Below are positions 56,816-64,000 of a stretch of 64,000 nucleotides of DNA, in pieces (the stretch's first letter is position 1; every line of letters starts with the position of its first letter). The notes beneath the pieces were generated by a model. The model had not been told where the DNA came from. It did no database searches and saw only the letters and a program-made list of their open reading frames with translations. Made by a program: the position numbers and the translations under genes. This DNA comes from a virus (taxonomy: Duplodnaviria > Caudoviricetes). Location: positions 1-64,000 of IMG/VR virus record IMGVR_UViG_3300028048_000099; one strand, 5' to 3'.

Positions 56816-58840
56816 ATGGTTTTTACGAGCGCGAAGGCACAAAACGAGGCGATTGAGATATTAAGGGGGTATTCAGGTACTAACCCTTACTATCTCATGC
56901 TAAAAAGGGATGTCATCCTCAATGGTGACGTCAAGAAGCTTAATGCCTTCAATGTGGAATATATCATTGAAAACCAAAACTTCATACCGAGACAAATCGG
57001 TAAGACGGTTAAAATCGCCGACTGGTACGGACTCAAGAAACAGCAGGACTGGGGCACGGAATTCGTCCCCCAAAAACTTCGTGTGGTCAGTCTTCTCGGG
57101 GAAACGAGCACGACTTACCATTGCTATGTCCAATACAGGCAGAGCGTGGACCCGGTTATGGCGTTCCTCCCCAAAAAAGCGGTACTTACCAACTTCACTT
57201 TACCGGACTGGCACGATTATCCGGTTGATTTTGACCGATATGATAAACTGTCAATGTCAAAAGACCCGAACAGGAGGCTGAAACTTCACCAGAAGGACGG
57301 CGTGAGGTTCCTTCTCGCGAGAAAAAAGTGCGTCCTCGCCGATGATATGGGTTACGGGAAGACCTGTGAGCTCGCCGTAGCCGCCATTGAGGGTAATTTT
57401 GACGCCGTGCTCATCATCTGTCCCGCCTCAATCAAGACAAACTGGAAAAAAGAGCTCATGTGGTATGTCCCGGAGAGGGATATCACCATAATCGAGTCAT
57501 ATCTTGACAAAAATAAGGGAGAGCTGGAAAAATATCTCGGTTACAAGGAAGGAAAGTCCGGTTTAAGTGTCCCGGAGCTTCAGAATGAGGCCAAAGAGGC
57601 CGGTAAATGGGGTGAAAACCGTTTTGTCATTGTCAATTACGATATCATCAACGAGTTTTATGAAATACCGGCCACGAGAAGCCGGGAAAACATAGAAAAA
57701 GCATACCAAAACAGCCCGATGCTCCAATATATAGCAAACAAGAAGGCGTTGGTAATCGTTGACGAGGCCCACAGACTGTCAAATACGACGGCTGACAGAT
57801 ATAAAATCATAAAGGACCTCATAAAGAGGGGAAACCCGGACAGCGTTTACCTGGCGACCGGAACACCAATCACGAACAACCCCCAAAACTATTTTAATCT
57901 GCTCCAGCTCATCGGCGACCCTGTGGCTGATGACAGGGAATATTATATGAAGCGTTACTGCGCGGCGATAGAGATACCGAGAAACGCGAAGGAAAAGGCC
58001 AAGCGCGACGCGATAAGCAGGAAATTCATCGCGAACAGGGGCAAGTCAAACTGGTACGAGCTTACGGACGGCGAAAAGGACGAGTTGCGTGAAATCGTGA
58101 AGAAAAGCGTGCGTATGCTGACCATTCCAAACGGCGAGAGCAACCTGGAGGAACTTAAGGACCGCACCGCGCACATTTATCTCCGCCGGGTGAAGGAAGA
58201 CCTGCTTGATTTGCCGAACAAGACCGTTCACGAGGTGTTCTATGACCTTGATATGGGTCAGATAATGGAATACAACCGGCTCTGGGAAGAATACGAGGCG
58301 GCGCAACTGGAGGCTGACCCGACGAAGGACCTGAACAAGGAACTTTTGGAGGGCGCGATTTACCGCAAGTACCTTTCAAACCAGATGGTGCCTAACACAA
58401 TCAAACTCGCCGACTCATTCATCGGGAAGGGTGAGAAGGTCGTCATCGCGTGCTGTTATGACGAGGAACTGTATACGTTGAGAGATTACTATGGGGACAG
58501 ATGCGTAATCTACAACGGGAAAGTGTCCGCCAAAGACAAGGACAGGAACATTGAGAGGTTCACCAACGACCCGAACATTATGGTTTTTATCGGGAATATT
58601 CAGGCGGCGGGCGTTGGGATTACCCTATTGGCTTCCCACGTGCTGATTTTCAATAATATAAGTTTTGTGCCGGGCGATAATCTCCAGATGCAGGACAGGA
58701 TTTACAGGATTGGGCAGACAAAAGACGTGGATATTTACTACCAGATTTTCAGGGACACACAATATGAGAAGATGTGGAATATTGTTCTTCGTAAATCATT
58801 GGTTATAAATCAAATAGTAAAGAAAGAAGACGAAAAGTGA
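56816..58840 (+). CDS. SNF2-family helicase
   Basis: LADDMGYGKT; IICPAS; VDEAH; ATGTPITN; LRRVK; GVGITL; QMQDRIYRIGQ; promoter-like TTG-N20-TATCAT at 56764-56794. Confidence 0.92.
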   Translation: MVFTSAKAQNEAIEILRGYSGTNPYYLMLKRDVILNGDVKKLNAFNVEYIIENQNFIPRQIGKTVKIADWYGLKKQQDWGTEFVPQKLRVVSLLGETSTTYHCYVQYRQSVDPVMAFLPKKAVLTNFTLPDWHDYPVDFDRYDKLSMSKDPNRRLKLHQKDGVRFLLARKKCVLADDMGYGKTCELAVAAIEGNFDAVLIICPASIKTNWKKELMWYVPERDITIIESYLDKNKGELEKYLGYKEGKSGLSVPELQNEAKEAGKWGENRFVIVNYDIINEFYEIPATRSRENIEKAYQNSPMLQYIANKKALVIVDEAHRLSNTTADRYKIIKDLIKRGNPDSVYLATGTPITNNPQNYFNLLQLIGDPVADDREYYMKRYCAAIEIPRNAKEKAKRDAISRKFIANRGKSNWYELTDGEKDELREIVKKSVRMLTIPNGESNLEELKDRTAHIYLRRVKEDLLDLPNKTVHEVFYDLDMGQIMEYNRLWEEYEAAQLEADPTKDLNKELLEGAIYRKYLSNQMVPNTIKLADSFIGKGEKVVIACCYDEELYTLRDYYGDRCVIYNGKVSAKDKDRNIERFTNDPNIMVFIGNIQAAGVGITLLASHVLIFNNISFVPGDNLQMQDRIYRIGQTKDVDIYYQIFRDTQYEKMWNIVLRKSLVINQIVKKEDEK

Positions 58841-59619
58841 GTATAGAAAACAGCATAAGCTTAATGGAAAGAATGGGGATGCTTCCCCCCGATAAAAAAT
58901 TAAGGAGAAACGTTTTTGGATGTCACGAAACCATTGACGGAATAATAGAGGAAGGCATATTCAGGTCTTACGATGCGGAAAAAATACTTGAGGTCCTGAA
59001 ACATCATTATATTATACATCGTGATAATCAGGCGCCAAAAACAGAATCGGAAATCACTATAGAGTTTGACGCATATAAAGATACCCCGATGACATATGGC
59101 ACGGAAGAAGCGAGTGTCATAACAATCATCGTAAAAAGAGGAACGGAAGAAAAAAAACTGAAGCGTTTTTTCAACACCTGCGGATGGCCAACGGCGGAAG
59201 AGCACAACCATGAAACGGATAAAACGTCAGTAGTTGTAACGTTTGAAAAGAGGAGACAGGAAGATGAATTACCCGTACCAAAATTTTTATATCATCTGAC
59301 ACCGGAAAACAAGGTTGGTAAGATTTTGAAAAACGGATTAGCGCCAAAAGCGCAAAACAAATTGGGGGAGCATCCGGATAGAATATATTTTTTCTCGCAA
59401 AAAGATTTAACATTGAATTATAAATCTTATGCCGATGATTTTTGGGCAAGCGCGCACAAAGACACGAGGCGGGACATCAAATACTCATTACTTAAGATAG
59501 ATACTGAAAAATGCCGGAATGATTTTAAAATATATGGCGACCCGAACATGATTAGAGGGGTATGGACTTTTAACAATGTGCCGCCAGAAGCAATAACAGT
59601 GGAAGAAGAGGGAATTTAA
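58837..59619 (+). CDS. Putative ADP-ribosyltransferase (Tpt1/KptA-like), paralog B
   Basis: FLYHLTP...ILKNGLAPK...RIYFF...LLKID...DPN..RGVWTFNNVPPEAI. Confidence 0.65.
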   Translation: MSIENSISLMERMGMLPPDKKLRRNVFGCHETIDGIIEEGIFRSYDAEKILEVLKHHYIIHRDNQAPKTESEITIEFDAYKDTPMTYGTEEASVITIIVKRGTEEKKLKRFFNTCGWPTAEEHNHETDKTSVVVTFEKRRQEDELPVPKFLYHLTPENKVGKILKNGLAPKAQNKLGEHPDRIYFFSQKDLTLNYKSYADDFWASAHKDTRRDIKYSLLKIDTEKCRNDFKIYGDPNMIRGVWTFNNVPPEAITVEEEGI

Positions 59620-59621
59620 TT

Positions 59622-60089
59622 ATGGAAAGAAGAGGATTTTTAAAGCGTTTATTCGGCGCGGGTGTCGGGGCGGCCGCGTTGGCCACTGTTCCTGGTATCG
59701 CGAAGACAAGGGAGAAAGGGACATTCAAATTGGAAGATATATTTGAGCAATGCGACGGAAACAAGCAACTTTTTTTCTTAAAGACCGACTCGTGGCTTGA
59801 GCAAGAAATAAGGGACATACTTGGGGATAAGTTTGTTGATGAGAAGTATTTCAGTTGCTATGACCCGATTTTCAATTGCTATCTCCCGGTAAAGGACGAA
59901 TATACGAGGAAGGATTTTGAAAGTTTCCTCCTAACCGTAAAGACAAAGAAGTACGATTATTTCTGTGACCATTCAAGAAATCACGGGAAGAAGTGTGGCG
60001 CAATGTATCTATCAAAGTACGAAAAGGACGGATATTACGCAATAAACATGTATCAGGCAAGGAACCCTAAATATAACGGGTACTATTAA
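59622..60089 (+). CDS. Protein with twin-arginine (Tat) signal peptide
   Basis: MERRGFLKRLFGAGVGAAALATVPGIA. Confidence 0.7.
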   Translation: MERRGFLKRLFGAGVGAAALATVPGIAKTREKGTFKLEDIFEQCDGNKQLFFLKTDSWLEQEIRDILGDKFVDEKYFSCYDPIFNCYLPVKDEYTRKDFESFLLTVKTKKYDYFCDHSRNHGKKCGAMYLSKYEKDGYYAINMYQARNPKYNGYY

Positions 60090-60091
60090 AA

Positions 60092-60580
60092 ATGAACGAG
60101 GAGTTTTTGGGATTCGTGGCTGAGATAGGGAGGACGACGGACAGGAAATATATGTACCGTTTTGACTTCACGTATGACCCGGACAGTCTCTGGGGCGAGT
60201 TTTTCAATATCCCGCCCGCGTGCATCATACCGGACCTCGCGCCGGACCCGAACTGTCTCTCACACACGGCAAAAATCGTTTCCCCGGTGAAGTTGATGAC
60301 CGCGAAGGAAAACGCCTGCTTCTCAATGCAGGATTGCATAGACGGGATTATCCCCTTATGTTTCAGTGAGATAGACGAGAACACGATTGAGTTCAAGGGC
60401 AAGCCCCTGAAGTTCAGGTTCGGTGAGAAGAGGGAGACGGTTGAGATGAAACTGTCCGCGTGCGGTCTCGAGAATCTCGGTTACGAGGAGATTAAGAGGG
60501 ATGATGAGAACCTTGTTAACGATTTGATTAACAACCTTAATAATAATAGCGATGATGATTTAGACCCCGATGAGTTCTAA
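60092..60580 (+). CDS. Hypothetical protein, tandem paralog 1
   Basis: FVAEIGRTTDRKYMYRFDFTYDPDSLWG...CFSMQDCIDGIIPL. Confidence 0.8.
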   Translation: MNEEFLGFVAEIGRTTDRKYMYRFDFTYDPDSLWGEFFNIPPACIIPDLAPDPNCLSHTAKIVSPVKLMTAKENACFSMQDCIDGIIPLCFSEIDENTIEFKGKPLKFRFGEKRETVEMKLSACGLENLGYEEIKRDDENLVNDLINNLNNNSDDDLDPDEF

Positions 60581-60971
60581 AGATGAGGTCCTGATATTCG
60601 TCAAGCCGATATGCAGGAACACGGACCAGACATACGAGTATGATTTGTTCTTCAGCGACACGCCGGACATTGTCTGGGGCGTTGACTGGGAGGTCAACAC
60701 GCCCGGGCTTGTCTCCACCGATGAGATAACCCCGGACCCGACCACTTATAACAAGGTCGTCAGGATTAAGGTGCCGTACCCGTTGAAGACCGTACAGGAG
60801 ACATATTGCTACTCAATGGAATATGCTATCGCGAGGATTATAGCACTTTCATGGATTGATATAGAGAATATGGAAGAATACCCCGAAAAAGGAAGAATGG
60901 TTCTCTATTTCGGGGATACCTTTGAACATGTACAAGGGGTTTTGAGTGAGTTTGATGTATATATAAAATAA
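60570..60971 (+). CDS. Hypothetical protein, tandem paralog 2
   Basis: FVKPICRNTDQTYEYDLFFSDTPDIVWG...CYSMEYAIARIIAL. Confidence 0.8.
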   Translation: MSSKDEVLIFVKPICRNTDQTYEYDLFFSDTPDIVWGVDWEVNTPGLVSTDEITPDPTTYNKVVRIKVPYPLKTVQETYCYSMEYAIARIIALSWIDIENMEEYPEKGRMVLYFGDTFEHVQGVLSEFDVYIK

Positions 60972-60972
60972 A

Positions 60973-60997
60973 AAAAATCAGGTTAAGCCTGATTTTT
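60973..60997. terminator. Bidirectional intrinsic terminator
   Basis: AAAAATCAGG-TTAAG-CCTGATTTTT; same loop as the 17523 terminator. Confidence 0.8.
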
Positions 60998-61005
60998 ATT
61001 TATCG

Positions 61006-61500
61006 CTACCAATCATAATCTCTCTCGGCACGTTCAGGGTCACTGTCATCATACCCCCATCCATCAGTATCCGGGTCGTCATATGGGAATTCCCAATCAA
61101 AATCATTCCAATTCAAATTATTTAGATATTTGTCAAGAGCTTTCATAAATAAACTGACTTCTTCGTTTGATAATGGCTTAATACCGTAATTTTCACAATA
61201 TCTTGGGCTCTGTAAAACATTCATAATTTCATCCCTGTTCGAGATGTCACCCCAGTTAACATCACCACCAGCATCAAAACTAGCTTCAAGACACATATAG
61301 TCACTTACGAGTTCACAAACCGAAATAAGCATGTCATTTGGGAATATCTTTGGAAATTTGTCATCGTCTATACGTATAAAAGCATGTGGCCATTCTTGCT
61401 TTGCTTCATTAATAGTATTAAATACACGCCTGACACTCTCGCTAATCATCTTGTGAAGCTGTGCCTCATTTATTCTTATTATGTTTCTTTTCCTTTCCAT
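61006..61500 (-). CDS. Acidic protein with INE/ISES leader (putative head-packaged protein)
   Basis: IIRINEAQLHKMISESVRRVFNTINEA leader; Asp/Trp-rich C-terminus; TATTTAT at 61518-61524. Confidence 0.7.
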   Translation of the reverse strand: MERKRNIIRINEAQLHKMISESVRRVFNTINEAKQEWPHAFIRIDDDKFPKIFPNDMLISVCELVSDYMCLEASFDAGGDVNWGDISNRDEIMNVLQSPRYCENYGIKPLSNEEVSLFMKALDKYLNNLNWNDFDWEFPYDDPDTDGWGYDDSDPERAERDYDW

Positions 61501-61573
61501 ACGGTTATTTTTTTCTTATAAATATTTGTTTTTTATGGTTTGATTTCATATATTTATCTAAAAATGGTACTTT

Positions 61574-61903
61574 ATGGAAGACGATAGGACAATCATATAC
61601 GAATTTCTTAGTCAATTCGAGGACTTTACCGCCGCCGACCGTGAAAGCGGGTATAAAAATGTATATAGGCCAGAGAGACATCCGGTTGCAATGCAATTCT
61701 GGTTTAACCCACCATTTTCCGAAGACAATGATGTAAGTATGCCAGTTCCAAGCTCAGCCATGATTTTAACATCTGATGGAAAAATTATGGTAGAAAATAT
61801 GTTTACCGGTTTGTTTTTCAATCTTTCGGAATGCATTGGAGACAGTATAGAGAATTGCATTAATTCAATTGAAAATTATTATCGGAAAATAACTCTCGGA
61901 TAA
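61574..61903 (+). CDS. Hypothetical protein
   Basis: 109 aa, preceded by TATTTAT at 61551-61557; 44-nt convergent overlap with the next gene. Confidence 0.5.
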   Translation: MEDDRTIIYEFLSQFEDFTAADRESGYKNVYRPERHPVAMQFWFNPPFSEDNDVSMPVPSSAMILTSDGKIMVENMFTGLFFNLSECIGDSIENCINSIENYYRKITLG

Positions 61904-64000
61904 TACTTTCAAATAAACTTTCTTCACCAGTTTCTTTATTTACTTTTGGTTCACCAAGATAACCCATTATACTGGCTAATATATTATTTTTTTCAGATTC
62001 ATCCCACTGAAAAACGAAAGACGATGGGTTAGCCAATTGTTGTGTAAACTCAACATCCTCATTAGAAACCGTATTATTCTTAAAAGATGGTAAAATGTAT
62101 AGTCCGGCCCAACCCCTTTTCTTAATAACACTGCTCTTTCTTTCGTCCGTAATTTTTCTAATCTGAGCATTAATCTCTTCATAAAAACGGTTTGGAGAGC
62201 CAAGAAATGATATTTCATATCCAAGTTCCTTTTTCGGGTACATTTTCAATAAACTTATTGTTTGCTGTTTCATGACCTCATCATAAGATTTAACAAACTT
62301 AAAACCGTTCGGAATTCCCGTATTTTTAGTGTACTGTATGCCGTTATATTGAAGTAGTAGAGCGTAAATTGTTTGAACAACTTCATGCTCCGGACTTGTA
62401 GCTTTAATATATTCATCCGGTAAAACATCAGCTATTTCATTTAAATGCGTTTTTCTTTTAAACTCATCAAGCGTGATTTTAAATGGATTAAAAATGTCAT
62501 ATACCTCTAAAAATGGTTCACCTACAAGCATTTCGAAAATACTCTCATACGCCTCTTTTAGATTCGTACTTACGAGTTCGTCTGAGACCAAATCTTTTCT
62601 CCTTATCGATTTTTCCTGATATTTAGTCATTTCATCATTAAATTTTTTCAAAAATTCAAGTTTAATTTTAGTCCACCAGTAAATTACACCATCTTTTTTG
62701 TTCACACTTTCGTCCGACGGTTTTACAAAGGATGGTCTGCAGTGGCCCTCTCCTTGATATTCAATTGAAAGAACTTTATCATTCTGCTCCTTCGCTAATT
62801 CAAACCAGTTAGGATTCTCAAGGTCGCCATTATATGTTGTATATAAAATATCAATAGACTGGTCTCCAAATGCAGCATCTATTTTTTTTGCTCTGTTATA
62901 TTCCCATGTATTATTGTATCCATTTGGTAGGTTTGCCAGCAAAAAACTATATATCTCGTTCTGCGTTCTATCGCGTGAGTCTTCAACATAAGAAACTAAC
63001 TGTCCAAAAATTAAATCTTCTCCATATACTTTTCCTGCATTTTTTTTATAGGACTTAATCTTCTGGTCTGAGTCAGTATCTTCTTTGTATATTTCACTTA
63101 ATGGCCTAAACATATTGCTTATAACAAGATAATCATCACCCCCATATAATCCACTAGATAAGTTTTTATCAATTAATTTGTTAGCACTATTCATCATATC
63201 TATAAATCGTTCAAATGGAGTAAGTGAATAAAAAGTACTGTGCTCCGCCAACCCAAGGCTTGCAAATTCTGTTAAAATGGTCTTAACCGTAGATTTTTTC
63301 CCAACATCAAACTTAAACTTTCTTTCGTATAATGGTTTTTCACTTTCATTTAGCCCCAATATGTTTTTCACTACATATGTAATTGTGTTTGTGTTTACTT
63401 CGGTAAACAAATCAAACAATCCAATAATTGAAGATACGCTATATGCAGCTGCATTAAATTCTTTAATCAGCCTATCACCCCAATTTTTAATTATGTTATT
63501 AAAATTACCTCCAGCAAAATCTCTTTTATATTTAACATAATATACCATTTGGTATATTGGTTTGATTGACGGAGTAGCCGCGATAAAAGGACGAATCGTG
63601 TTAGTTAATTCTTCTATATTTTTACTAATATCAAAAGAAAGAATATAAGCAGCCGTCATCAGCACTCCTCCGACGGTTCCTATATAGCTGTTCTTTATAT
63701 CACCCCAATCAATTTGCCCGTTGTTAATTTTTTGGAAAAACTCATTAACCTTATCCTCCGAATCAAAATAACTATTCTTAAGAATTTCCAAATTTTCCGA
63801 CGTTATTAAATCACCATAGTTCATTGCAATGTCATCAAGGACTGAATATTGTAAATAATCGGTTTTTTTTGCTTTTTTGAGGCTATCTGTTTCATTGTCA
63901 TCAACCAAACTATATTCTTTTCCATAGAGTAAACTATGCAGTCTTTCTTCCTCATTTTTTACATATTCCCTAAAGTCAGGTGGTATTGAATTTTTTAAAA
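61860..64000 (-). CDS. Large AT-rich protein (N-terminus beyond window) with possible PD-(D/E)xK-like domain
   Basis: Frame stays open from 63908 to the window end; SIDILY...VLSIEYQGEGH resembles a DUF559-type catalytic motif. Confidence 0.7.
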   Translation of the reverse strand, partial: LKNSIPPDFREYVKNEEERLHSLLYGKEYSLVDDNETDSLKKAKKTDYLQYSVLDDIAMNYGDLITSENLEILKNSYFDSEDKVNEFFQKINNGQIDWGDIKNSYIGTVGGVLMTAAYILSFDISKNIEELTNTIRPFIAATPSIKPIYQMVYYVKYKRDFAGGNFNNIIKNWGDRLIKEFNAAAYSVSSIIGLFDLFTEVNTNTITYVVKNILGLNESEKPLYERKFKFDVGKKSTVKTILTEFASLGLAEHSTFYSLTPFERFIDMMNSANKLIDKNLSSGLYGGDDYLVISNMFRPLSEIYKEDTDSDQKIKSYKKNAGKVYGEDLIFGQLVSYVEDSRDRTQNEIYSFLLANLPNGYNNTWEYNRAKKIDAAFGDQSIDILYTTYNGDLENPNWFELAKEQNDKVLSIEYQGEGHCRPSFVKPSDESVNKKDGVIYWWTKIKLEFLKKFNDEMTKYQEKSIRRKDLVSDELVSTNLKEAYESIFEMLVGEPFLEVYDIFNPFKITLDEFKRKTHLNEIADVLPDEYIKATSPEHEVVQTIYALLLQYNGIQYTKNTGIPNGFKFVKSYDEVMKQQTISLLKMYPKKELGYEISFLGSPNRFYEEINAQIRKITDERKSSVIKKRGWAGLYILPSFKNNTVSNEDVEFTQQLANPSSFVFQWDESEKNNILASIMGYLGEPKVNKETGEESLFESIIRELFSDNNFQLN

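Noticed and set aside
57480-58140. Insertions within the SNF2 helicase as possible mobile elements
   Set aside because: They are short in-frame helical insertions without splicing or nuclease motifs.

Overview
The window is a 64-kb slice of a large contractile-tailed (myovirus-type) dsDNA phage genome. The host is probably a Bacteroidota bacterium, inferred from TTTG-N19/20-TAnnnT promoters, A-rich start regions and capsule-type glycosyltransferases. The standard genetic code fits. It carries baseplate, tail and neck genes (wedge, gp25-like, hub, tape measure, chaperones, tube, sheath, neck), a T4-like replication/recombination block (DnaB-like helicase, 5'-3' exonuclease, RecA/UvsX, SSB, SNF2 helicase) and nucleotide metabolism genes (nrdD, nrdG, dut, tdk). 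It also has a three-gene glycosyltransferase cluster and three free-standing homing endonucleases with visible AT-rich tracts in neighbouring genes. The ORF track misses a giant ORF of at least 1654 aa running off the left edge, and the last ORF runs off the right edge. The most interesting signal is a dispersed set of mostly AT-rich accessory genes whose products share an [IL]-x-E-rich helical leader resembling prohead-protease/capsid-targeting sequences. They are two paralogous Tpt1/KptA-like ADP-ribosyltransferases, two paralogous HExxH metallopeptidases, an acidic protein and a 782-aa modular protein, and may form a head-packaged effector set. One of them sits between 22-bp direct repeats that duplicate the start of recA. 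All family assignments come from motifs recognised by eye; no searches were run.
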